NCBI GenBank assembly: GCA_040398005.1
Contig: JBBAUX010000003.1
Coordinates: forward strand, 14,381 to 78,380
Reading direction: 5' to 3'
DNA length: 64,000 nucleotides
Source: Opitutales bacterium
Lineage (GTDB): Bacteria; Verrucomicrobiota; Verrucomicrobiia; Opitutales; UBA953
Shown here: piece after piece, positions 1 to 8,136 of the stretch
How the letters are laid out: each line of letters begins with the position of its first letter
How positions within the stretch are numbered: position 1 is the stretch's first letter
Notes under the pieces: model-generated
What the model saw: only the letters and a program-made list of their open reading frames with translations
What the model was told of the DNA's origin: nothing
The model's database searches: none
Translations under genes and position numbers: made by a program

Positions 1-46
1 TCACCGTGCCAACGTGCCAACTTATCCCCTGATAACCCGTGTCACC
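1..46 (+). repeat. Degenerate 8-bp tandem repeat module, truncated at the window edge
   Basis: ..TCACC GTGCCAAC GTGCCAAC TTATCCCC T, plus a further GTGTCACC at 39-46; same unit family as at 3379-3491 and 4174-4315. Confidence 0.8.
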
Positions 47-647
47 TGACAACAAAGTCTTCGGTAAAGAATGGGCCGACAACCTTCGCGCAACGAATGT
101 TGAAAGGCTCCGATCCAAACTTTCCGAAGTTCTCGGCGGGCGAACCTCATTCACCCTAGAAATCGGGTGCGGGCATGGTCACTGGTTGGCTGCGTATGCA
201 AAAGCCAATCCCAATGAATTTTGTGTGGGTATTGATTTAATCACCAGCCGGATTGCAAAATCGCTGCGCAAACAAGAACTCCAAAGTATTAAGAATGTGT
301 CATTTTTAAAAGCGGAAGCCACCGAAGTCCTAGACGCGCTAACGCCAGCGCATAAGACAGAAAAAATATTTGTTCTTTATCCGGATCCCTGGCCTAAGAG
401 AAGACATCACAAAAACCGATTCATTTGTGCGGAAAACCTTAGCCGCCTAGCCAAGGCCTCAACCTCCGAAGCAAAACTCTATTTTAGAACCGACGACGCG
501 GATTATTTCGACTGGACGGTCAGAGAACTTAAAACCCACCCCGATTGGCAAATCTGCGAAGAGGATACCTGGCCCTTTGAAACATCCACTTTTTTTGAAG
601 AGCTGACGAAGGTGAAAAGAGATGTAATTGCTCAAAAAGTTTCATAA
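39..647 (+). CDS. trmB: tRNA (guanine-N7)-methyltransferase
   Basis: LEIGCGHG SAM motif, YPDPWPKRRHHKNR and FRTD motifs. Confidence 0.93.
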   Translation: MSPDNKVFGKEWADNLRATNVERLRSKLSEVLGGRTSFTLEIGCGHGHWLAAYAKANPNEFCVGIDLITSRIAKSLRKQELQSIKNVSFLKAEATEVLDALTPAHKTEKIFVLYPDPWPKRRHHKNRFICAENLSRLAKASTSEAKLYFRTDDADYFDWTVRELKTHPDWQICEEDTWPFETSTFFEELTKVKRDVIAQKVS

Positions 648-718
648 AACTGACAATTATTTGCATAAGGTATTGTTTCACTTGCCATTAGTGAGTCTTC
701 ACAACTACTCATAAACTC

Positions 719-2161
719 GTGAAGCCATACAGACACACCCGTATCACTTTTACGATTGGACCCGCGACTGAGTCCGAGGCCAATTTAGAGGCAATAATCA
801 AGGCGGGCGCGAATGTAGTGCGCCTGAATATGGCCCATGCGGATCATGCTTGGGTTCGCCAAATCGTCGAAAGAGTACGCTTGGTTAGTAAAAGAATGGG
901 CGTGGACCTATCTACTATGATGGACGTCAAGGGGCCCGAAATTCGTACCGGGGCTCTTAAACAGTCAATTAACCTGACGGTCGGACAATTGGTCGACGTC
1001 ACGGGTGCACCCGACGCTAAGCCCGACGGTGATAAAGTTTTAATCACTTCAAACTACCCTCCTATCATTCGTTCCGTTCCTGTTGGCGGAGTAGTTCTCA
1101 TTGATAACGGCCTCATTCAATTACGCGTCCTTGATCAAAAAGGCGATCGCCTGTGCTGTAAGGTCGAACAACCCGGCTCTATGGGCAGCCGTCGCCACAT
1201 TAATTTACCAGGTGTAAAAATCGAACTCCCTGCCCTCACTGATAAAGACCGTGAAGACATCAAAGTCGGCTGCGAAGTGGGCATCGATTACTACGCACTT
1301 TCATTTGTGCGTGAAGCAAGTGATGTAGAATGTCTCCGCAAATTACTTTTAGAAGAACACTCCAAGGCACAAATTATTGCGAAGATTGAAGACCAATCAG
1401 CGATTGAACACTTAGCTTCGATTATTGATGCCTCCGATGCACTCATGGTCGCTCGTGGAGATTTAGGTATCGAAATTCCTTACGAAACGCTTCCGTCCGT
1501 TCAACGTCGCGCCGTTGCGATGTCCATCGCCGCACGCAAGCCCGTGATCGTCGCCACCCACATGTTGGAGTCGATGATCACAAACCCAGTTCCCACCCGT
1601 GCTGAAGTGACCGACGTTTCCAACGCCGTATTAGAATTAGCTGACTCCGTCATGCTTTCCGGCGAAACCACTACGGGTAAACACCCGATTCGTTGCGTCG
1701 AAGTGATGGTGAAAATCGCGATGGCGACCGAGCAAGATGTTCCGAAAAAACTGAGCGCCGAACAGCCGAACGATACCCCAAAAGTTAAATTACTTCGCTC
1801 GGCCGCAAGCCTCGCCCAAGACCTAGGAAGTACTGGAATCATTGCCTTCACCCGCAATGGCGATGTTCCACGCGCACTCTCAGCCTTACGTGCGGTGGGC
1901 TGCCCTATTTTCGCTTTCTCCGAAGACATCCATGTACACCGTCGCATGGGTTTACTTTGGGGAGTTACGCCCTTCTTTATTAAATTCAGCCCTCAAGCAG
2001 ATGAGAATATCACTGCAGCCTTAAAGCACTTACGCGACGGCGGACATTGCAAGCCTGGCCAAGTTTTGGTGATTGTGACCAACGTTATTCTCGGACCTCA
2101 AGTCATCGACAGTATTCAGCTACGCGCCGTGCCATCGCTTGACGACTCTAAGGCAAAGTAG
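719..2161 (+). CDS. pyk: Pyruvate kinase
   Basis: TIGPA, DVKGPEIRTG, IIAKIE, MVARGDLGIE, MLSGET motifs. Confidence 0.97.
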   Translation: MKPYRHTRITFTIGPATESEANLEAIIKAGANVVRLNMAHADHAWVRQIVERVRLVSKRMGVDLSTMMDVKGPEIRTGALKQSINLTVGQLVDVTGAPDAKPDGDKVLITSNYPPIIRSVPVGGVVLIDNGLIQLRVLDQKGDRLCCKVEQPGSMGSRRHINLPGVKIELPALTDKDREDIKVGCEVGIDYYALSFVREASDVECLRKLLLEEHSKAQIIAKIEDQSAIEHLASIIDASDALMVARGDLGIEIPYETLPSVQRRAVAMSIAARKPVIVATHMLESMITNPVPTRAEVTDVSNAVLELADSVMLSGETTTGKHPIRCVEVMVKIAMATEQDVPKKLSAEQPNDTPKVKLLRSAASLAQDLGSTGIIAFTRNGDVPRALSALRAVGCPIFAFSEDIHVHRRMGLLWGVTPFFIKFSPQADENITAALKHLRDGGHCKPGQVLVIVTNVILGPQVIDSIQLRAVPSLDDSKAK

Positions 2162-2173
2162 TTCTATGGCTTA

Positions 2174-3361
2174 ATGCCCGACTCGTTACCGCTAACGGTT
2201 TCCGATTTAACCGACGTCATCAAAGGTCACGTCAATGGGCTTGGTACCGTTGAAGTGGTTGGAGAAATTTCGGGCTACAAAACCTACCCGTCCGGACACC
2301 ATTACTTTTCGCTTAAAGACGCTGACGCGAAAGTAGAGTGCATCCTTTACGGATTCCAAGCGCGCTGGATTAAATTTCCGATCAAGGACGGACTCCGCGT
2401 CGTCGTAAAAGCGAAGGTCGATTTCTATGGAAAGTCCGGAAAACTTTCTCTGGTCATCGACTCCATGAAACCGGAAGGCGAAGGCGAATTACAGAAAAAA
2501 TATTTAGAGTTACTCGCGAAATTAAAAGCTGAAGGCCTATTCGAAGAAGAAATTAAGCGTCCGATTCCTACGTTTCCTAAAGTGGTAGCCTTCGTCACAT
2601 CGGAAATCGGAGCCGTGTGGCATGATTTTACCGAAGTGCTTAAAACACGCGGATGGCGTGGAACCGTCTGGCTCGTCCCCGCCCGAGTTCAGGGCGAGAG
2701 TTGCGCAGGCTCAGTTTTACAAGGTCTGAAACTCGCTAATGAAATTCCGGGGATTGATTTAATTGTCGTCGGTCGCGGTGGAGGTTCCGCCGAAGATCTC
2801 TGGGGATTCAATGATGAGAAATTAGTTCGGGCCGTGCGTGCTAGTAAGACGCCGGTGATTTCCGCCGTTGGACACCAAACGGATTTCACCCTGTGCGACT
2901 ACGCTGCCGACAGACGTGCGGAAACTCCTACCGCTGCAGCCGAACTGATTGCGTCAGGACAAACTAAGCTCCTCGCCCAACTTAAATTCTTAAGCGGTCA
3001 ACTTGCGCAACACTCGCCCAAAAATAAAATCGAGTCACTCCATCAGGATTTAGATTTATTATATGCCCAGTTGACCAGTGTTGCCGAAGAATTCTTAGCC
3101 GATCAACGACACAAACTTTCTGAGCTCGGCAGTGAACTCCATCGCTTATCGCCCAAGGCCCGACTCGGCGTCACCCGCGAAAAGGTTAACCAACTCAATA
3201 AACGATTACAGTCGGCTGGCTTTGAATCTGTTTTAGCTCGGGGATATTCGATTGTCCGCGACGTAGAAGGCAAAGTCATCAGCTCCAGTAAATCGATCAA
3301 GACCGGCAAAAAAATCCGCCTCAAATTTAGCGACGGCGACGCAGGTGCAGTGGGAGAATGA
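2174..3361 (+). CDS. xseA: Exodeoxyribonuclease VII large subunit
   Basis: GEISG..SGHHYFSLKD OB fold, GRGGGSAEDLWGFN, SAVGHQTD, TPTAAAE, LARGYS. Confidence 0.95.
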   Translation: MPDSLPLTVSDLTDVIKGHVNGLGTVEVVGEISGYKTYPSGHHYFSLKDADAKVECILYGFQARWIKFPIKDGLRVVVKAKVDFYGKSGKLSLVIDSMKPEGEGELQKKYLELLAKLKAEGLFEEEIKRPIPTFPKVVAFVTSEIGAVWHDFTEVLKTRGWRGTVWLVPARVQGESCAGSVLQGLKLANEIPGIDLIVVGRGGGSAEDLWGFNDEKLVRAVRASKTPVISAVGHQTDFTLCDYAADRRAETPTAAAELIASGQTKLLAQLKFLSGQLAQHSPKNKIESLHQDLDLLYAQLTSVAEEFLADQRHKLSELGSELHRLSPKARLGVTREKVNQLNKRLQSAGFESVLARGYSIVRDVEGKVISSSKSIKTGKKIRLKFSDGDAGAVGE

Positions 3362-3378
3362 CGCGGTAAGAACCGCCA

Positions 3379-3414
3379 GGGGACTAGCTGGCACGTGGGC
3401 ATGTTGGCAAGGGG
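3379..3414 (-). repeat. Four-octamer repeat module, inverted orientation
   Basis: Minus strand reads CCCC TTGCCAAC ATGCCCAC GTGCCAGC TAGTCCCC. Confidence 0.8.
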
Positions 3415-3422
3415 TAGTGTCA

Positions 3423-3448
3423 GGACGCCACGCAGTGGCGCCCTTACC
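3423..3448 (-). repeat. REP-like palindrome, copy 1
   Basis: Minus strand GGTAAGGGCGCCAC-TGC-GTGGCGTCC; near-identical copy at 4139-4165. Confidence 0.75.
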
Positions 3449-3454
3449 AAAATT

Positions 3455-3491
3455 CCCCTTGTCACCGTGTCACCTTGCCCACTTGTCCCCT
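3455..3491 (+). repeat. Four-octamer repeat module
   Basis: CCCC TTGTCACC GTGTCACC TTGCCCAC TTGTCCCC T; 36/37 identical to 4279-4315. Confidence 0.9.
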
Positions 3492-3497
3492 AAATAA

Positions 3498-4052
3498 TTA
3501 ATGCTTCTCGTGACGTTGAATACGCTCACTCCAGGCAAAGAGAATCATCGAAGCAAGAAACACGCCGTGAATGATGGACTGCCAGAGAATCACGCGGGCT
3601 TGGTTATCGGTCATGCTTATATTTGCTACGCCGGTAATATTGATAAAACTTTTAAGCAGGTGAATCGCCGAGATAGAGGCCAAGGAGCCAGCCAACTTCG
3701 TCTTTAAACTATTGCCGTTGATATGATCGAGCCAATCGGGGCGATCTTTGTTATTATTAAAATCAATATTACTAACGAAGGTAACATAGCCGCCAACGAC
3801 CACCATGTTCACGAGGTTAGCCACCATGGAAATATCTACTAAAGATAAGAGGCCGACCATGATTTGTGCTTCAGAGAGTTTGGAAAATTCTGAAAGAATG
3901 TGAATGAGCTCCTCGATGCTCTTCCAGGCGTAGGCAGCCGCTGCAATCATCAGCGCGCCATAGATCGGCGCCTGAATCCAGCGACTTGAGAAAATAATAC
4001 CTTCAAAAATATTTTCGATTTTAGCTACGAATTTAGGTTTTGGGAGAGTCAT
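3498..4052 (-). CDS. YqhA/UPF0114 (TIGR00645-like) inner membrane protein
   Basis: IFSSRWIQAPIY, LSLVDISMVANL, GGY.TFVS, PDWL, LKTKLA.S...ISAIHLL motifs; several TM segments. Confidence 0.88.
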   Translation of the reverse strand: MTLPKPKFVAKIENIFEGIIFSSRWIQAPIYGALMIAAAAYAWKSIEELIHILSEFSKLSEAQIMVGLLSLVDISMVANLVNMVVVGGYVTFVSNIDFNNNKDRPDWLDHINGNSLKTKLAGSLASISAIHLLKSFINITGVANISMTDNQARVILWQSIIHGVFLASMILFAWSERIQRHEKH

Positions 4053-4138
4053 AAGATTAGAGGCGTATGAATACTGAAACAGATTAAGAGAATCTCGGTC
4101 GCTAGGTCAATCGACCAATCGAAGCCTAGATTAAACTA

Positions 4139-4165
4139 GGTAGGGGGCGCGACTGCGTCGCGTCC
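4139..4165 (+). repeat. REP-like palindrome, copy 2 (GTAG 5' foot)
   Basis: GGTAGGGGGCGCGAC-TGC-GTCGCGTCC. Confidence 0.75.
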
Positions 4166-4166
4166 G

Positions 4167-4325
4167 CGCATCTCCCCTTGCCCACGTGTCCCCTTGTCAC
4201 CTTGTCCCCTCGCGAGCTATGCTCGCGTCCCGTGTCCCCTTGTCCCCTCAATTTTAAGTAAGTGTCTCTATCGCATCTCCCCTTGTCACCGTGTCACCGT
4301 GCCCACTTGTCCCCTCAATTTTTAA
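4167..4325 (+). repeat. Composite octamer repeat region with an internal hairpin
   Basis: CGCATCT+module at 4167-4210, hairpin CGCGAGC-TAT-GCTCGCG at 4211-4227, two units at 4232-4247, CGCATCT+module at 4272-4315; TTGTCCCCTCAATTTT occurs twice. Confidence 0.9.
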
Positions 4326-5848
4326 TACGCCTTCGCCATCACAACCCGTCGCGGACTCGGCTCACCTGTCACCACGCACTTCCCAGCTTCTTCTTTTGCG
4401 TCTAAAGCGATACAGCGGACAGTCACCTTAAGTTCGTCTTTTAAGCGACGCTCGACTTCTTTACTTCCGTTCCAGTGACAGAGTGCAAAGCCGCCGTGCA
4501 TTTCAGGGTCATTCGCATTCTTAGGCGTGAAGAATTCTTTCAACTCTTCCCAGGAATTTATTTCACGCGTGTGCTCTGCGCGATGCGCTTTAGCTTTCGT
4601 AAGTAAATTATCTTGGATGGATTGGAGTCGATCAATCACACTGCTGACAAACTCGGTGCGGGGAATACCAGCCTTCTCTCCCGTGTCACGACGTGCCACA
4701 AAGACTGAGCCCGAAGCGATATCGCGAGGGCCGACTTCAACTCTTAAAGGCACACCTTTTTTAATCCAACCCCACGCTTTTTCTCCGCCACGTAAATCTC
4801 GGTTATCAATGGTCACCACTAATTTACGGTCGTGGAAGCGTTGAGTAGTTAATTCTTTTTTCAAAGATTCGCAGTATTCTAAGACCTGCGCCTTCGAAGC
4901 GTCGTCTTTATAAATAGGTAAGATCACAATATGCTGCGGAGTTAAACGTGGAGGCGCCACAAAGCCATCGTCGTCCGAGTGAGTCATAATCATGGCACCG
5001 ATTAAACGCGTAGACACGCCCCATGAAGTCGTATGGGCGTACTGCATATTCGAAGCTTCATCTTGGAAGCGGATATTACAGGACTTCGCAAAGTTTTGTC
5101 CGAGGTAGTGAGACGTTCCGGCCTGTAAGGCTTTGCGGTCCTGCATCATGGCTTCGATACAAAGCGTGTCGACCGCACCAGGAAAACGCTCCCCTTCGGT
5201 CTTACGTCCTTTAATCACGGGCATCGCCATATAATTTTCGGCAAAGTCAGCATACACTTCCAACATCTTCATCGTTTCTTCTTCGGCTTCTTTTTGGGTA
5301 GCGTGAACGGTGTGACCTTCTTGCCATAAAAATTCGGCGGTGCGTAAAAATAGTCGAGTGCGCATCTCCCAGCGAACGACGTTAGCCCACTGATTAATTA
5401 AAATCGGCAGATCGCGATAAGACTGCACCCACTTCGAATAAGTTTCGCCAATAATAGTTTCAGAAGTAGGTCGAACAATTAAAGGCTCTTCCAATTCGCC
5501 TGCTGGAACTAATTTACCATCGGGTCCGGCCTCTAAACGAGAATGAGTAACCACCGCACATTCTTTAGCAAAACCCTCAACGTGCTGGGCTTCTTTTTGG
5601 AGATAGCTAATCGGAATAAAAAGGGGGAAGTAGGCGTTCACGTGACCCGTCTCCTTAAACATCGTATCTAAATCGCGCTGAATATTTTCCCAGAGAGCAT
5701 AACCCCAAGGCTTAATCACCATGCAACCACGGACGGGGCTATTCTCAGCGAGCTCGGCAGCCTTGATGACTTGCAAATACCACTCGGGATAATTTTCAGA
5801 GCGAGTGGGCGTAATAGCAGTTTTGGGCTTGGGTGCAGACTGAGACAT
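4322..5848 (-). CDS. proS: Proline--tRNA ligase, archaeal/eukaryotic (E) type
   Basis: HVEGFAKEC, RPTSET, QWANVVRWE, FLWQEGHT, TSWGVSTRLIG, C-terminal AKAY. Confidence 0.97.
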   Translation of the reverse strand: MSQSAPKPKTAITPTRSENYPEWYLQVIKAAELAENSPVRGCMVIKPWGYALWENIQRDLDTMFKETGHVNAYFPLFIPISYLQKEAQHVEGFAKECAVVTHSRLEAGPDGKLVPAGELEEPLIVRPTSETIIGETYSKWVQSYRDLPILINQWANVVRWEMRTRLFLRTAEFLWQEGHTVHATQKEAEEETMKMLEVYADFAENYMAMPVIKGRKTEGERFPGAVDTLCIEAMMQDRKALQAGTSHYLGQNFAKSCNIRFQDEASNMQYAHTTSWGVSTRLIGAMIMTHSDDDGFVAPPRLTPQHIVILPIYKDDASKAQVLEYCESLKKELTTQRFHDRKLVVTIDNRDLRGGEKAWGWIKKGVPLRVEVGPRDIASGSVFVARRDTGEKAGIPRTEFVSSVIDRLQSIQDNLLTKAKAHRAEHTREINSWEELKEFFTPKNANDPEMHGGFALCHWNGSKEVERRLKDELKVTVRCIALDAKEEAGKCVVTGEPSPRRVVMAKAY

Positions 5849-5906
5849 AAATCTATTTTAAGACGAAAAGTGGGAATGAGGGCAAGAAGAGACCAATAAT
5901 ACGGGC

Positions 5907-6755
5907 TTAAATACCCTTCTGGGCCTTCCAAAATCTGGGGCGTCCACTCATATCACTGATACCCTCATATTGCTTATAGGAGTTTTGTTTAGAAATTTCT
6001 GCCAGTGCGACGTGTTGATCGATTCCGGTTTCACATAACACCCAACCACCTTGATTTAAAAACTTGGGTGCCTGAGTTAAAATTATTTTTAAATCTGCTA
6101 GACCATTTTCAGGTGCAATGAGTGCAGAATGCGGATCGAAGTCTTTTACTTCGGGGTCGGCCGATGCGACTTCGCTTTCCGTTAAATACGGCGGATTAGA
6201 AATAATTAAATCATATTGATCCGTCACCGCAGTAAGCCAATCGGACTGCCCGAAATTGACTCTGCCGTCTAATTGACATTGTACAGCATTCTCGCGAGCC
6301 AGCGCTAAGGCGTCGGACGATTTATCTAAGGCATCGATTTTCCAGAGCGGACGTTCGGCAGCGAGGGCCAAGGCAATCGCACCCGATCCTGTTCCTAAAT
6401 CTAGAACTCGCACTACTTGTTCAGCAGGAAATAAAGCCAAAGCTAAATCTATAATCTCTTCGGTTTCCGGACGAGGAACCAGCGCGCGTTTATCAGACTT
6501 TAAAACTAAATCACGAAACGACACTTTACCGATAATATGTTGTAGGGGCTCGCGGTTACCACGTCGCACAGTCATCGTTCGTAATTTCTCCACTTCGGAG
6601 TCATCGAGTAATCTTTCGAACTGTAAATACAGGTCTAATCGCTTCACGCCCAAACCAGCCGCAAAGAGATGTTCCGCTTCCATGCGTGATTTTTCGAGGC
6701 CCTTGCGACTCAAAAAATCCGTCGCCTTCTTCAATGTGTCCAAAAGATTCTGCAT
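5907..6755 (-). CDS. prmC: Release factor glutamine methyltransferase
   Basis: EPLQHIIG, LVPRPETE, DLGTGSGAIA, NPPY. Confidence 0.93.
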   Translation of the reverse strand: MQNLLDTLKKATDFLSRKGLEKSRMEAEHLFAAGLGVKRLDLYLQFERLLDDSEVEKLRTMTVRRGNREPLQHIIGKVSFRDLVLKSDKRALVPRPETEEIIDLALALFPAEQVVRVLDLGTGSGAIALALAAERPLWKIDALDKSSDALALARENAVQCQLDGRVNFGQSDWLTAVTDQYDLIISNPPYLTESEVASADPEVKDFDPHSALIAPENGLADLKIILTQAPKFLNQGGWVLCETGIDQHVALAEISKQNSYKQYEGISDMSGRPRFWKAQKGI

Positions 6756-6759
6756 GAAA

Positions 6760-7743
6760 TTAGCGGGTAGCGGCGCGGGTTAACCGATCGTTATAAGCTA
6801 AGCCCAGCTCAGCAGATTCAGCGCGCTCAACATAAATCCTGGAGAAACCCCGAGTATCTAATTTGCGTAATAAATCAAAGAGATTTGCGGCAGCTTCGGT
6901 GATGGAATTATTTTCTGAAAGATAAAATAGCTCACTGTCGGATGAGAATTCTTTACGGCGACTTAAAAAAAGAATCGCTGAGTTTTTTTCGGTCGATGCA
7001 GGTAAGGCTCCGTGAGCGAATAATTCCACTCGAGTGGTGGGACTGTAGTGTCGCTCCAACATTCCTGGGGCGACTTGAGCGGCTTGCGCTGAGGCGACTT
7101 TGGTAACTACTTCAATCTCTCCTAATTTTTCGCGTAGCGATTCCAGGGTAATCGGACCCGGACGAAGCAATCGAACCGTATGCGGTGATGATAAATCGAT
7201 AATCGTAGATTCTAATCCGTGCCGACAAGGTCCGCCTTCGACGATCCATGGACAACGCTCGGCTAATGAATCACGGACGTGTTGGGCTCGCGTGGGGCTG
7301 ACGTAGCCGAAAGGATTAGCGCTCGGGGCGGCCACGGGTCGATTTACCAAAGCAAGTATCTCACGAAATAAAGGATGGGCGGGCACACGAACGGCGACCG
7401 TTTCCTGACTCGCGGTAACTAAATCGGGCACGCAAGATTTTCGGCGCAGAACCACGGTCAATGGCCCGGGCCAAAAGCTAGAAATTTTTTCGAGGCGCGA
7501 ATCGTACTCCGCAATTTTTTTCAATGCTTCGATATCGAGTACATGAACAATTAAAGGATCAATCAGTGGACGACCCTTGATGGTAAAAACTTTCTTGAGA
7601 GCTGATGGATTAAGAGCGTCGGCCGCTAAACCATAGACCGTCTCGGTGGGCAGGGCGACACATTCACCCTCTGCCAATAACTGCGCCGCCTTTTGAAGGT
7701 CAGCCTTTGTAGCAGTCAGGAATGGAGGCAGGGATTGGGACAC
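6760..7743 (-). CDS. sua5: L-threonylcarbamoyladenylate synthase, Sua5 type with C-terminal SUA5 domain
   Basis: PTETVYGL, KGRP..DPLIVH, WPGPLT, APSAN, PGML..HYSP. Confidence 0.93.
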   Translation of the reverse strand: MSQSLPPFLTATKADLQKAAQLLAEGECVALPTETVYGLAADALNPSALKKVFTIKGRPLIDPLIVHVLDIEALKKIAEYDSRLEKISSFWPGPLTVVLRRKSCVPDLVTASQETVAVRVPAHPLFREILALVNRPVAAPSANPFGYVSPTRAQHVRDSLAERCPWIVEGGPCRHGLESTIIDLSSPHTVRLLRPGPITLESLREKLGEIEVVTKVASAQAAQVAPGMLERHYSPTTRVELFAHGALPASTEKNSAILFLSRRKEFSSDSELFYLSENNSITEAAANLFDLLRKLDTRGFSRIYVERAESAELGLAYNDRLTRAATR

Positions 7744-7803
7744 GCTAGTGAGTCGTTTTAACTAACCTAAGAAGTGACGGTATGTTGAGCAACCTAAGTC
7801 CGT

Positions 7804-7832
7804 AAAACAAAAAGGCCGCCTAGAAGGCGGCC
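7804..7832 (-). terminator. Intrinsic terminator after rpsR
   Basis: GGCCGCC-N5-GGCGGCC stem followed on the minus strand by TTTTTGTTTT. Confidence 0.8.
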
Positions 7833-7854
7833 CGTGCGGAAAACGAGAAGTTGA

Positions 7855-8049
7855 TTACTTCATCGTGATCATATTACGGGCGCGCTTAACGGCCTTCGAA
7901 ATATGACGTTGTTGACGGGCGGTGAGGCCGGTCAATTTGCGAGGCAGGATTTTGCCTGTCTCGGTGACGTAACGGGACAACGCTTCGGGTTCGGTGAAAT
8001 CGAAGTCGAGAGGATTACGGGAACGCTTGAGCTTACCTTCTGTAGTCAT
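7855..8049 (-). CDS. rpsR: 30S ribosomal protein S18 (Cys-free)
   Basis: [33 protein letters not shown] at 8049 preferred over the ORF-track start at 8076. Confidence 0.93.
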   Translation of the reverse strand: MTTEGKLKRSRNPLDFDFTEPEALSRYVTETGKILPRKLTGLTARQQRHISKAVKRARNMITMK

Positions 8050-8088
8050 GGGAGAGTTTGAAGTAAGGGTCTGCAACCCGCCTGCAAC

Positions 8089-8136
8089 CCAAAAAAGGGG
8101 TCAGGCTACGCCGGCGTAGTCTGACCCCTTTTTTGG
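8089..8136. terminator. 48-bp near-perfect palindrome / terminator overlapping the tlyA stop
   Basis: CCAAAAAAGGGGTCAGGCTACGCC|GGCGTAGTCTGACCCCTTTTTTGG, one mismatch. Confidence 0.8.

Noticed and set aside
651..666. TGACAATTATTTGCAT upstream of pyk, resembling the metal-ABC operator
   Set aside because: Only one half-site matches well in an AT-rich gap; cannot be distinguished from chance.
4167..4325. CRISPR array interpretation of the repeats
   Set aside because: Units are degenerate 8-mers in tandem, there are no regular unique spacers, and no cas genes are in the window.
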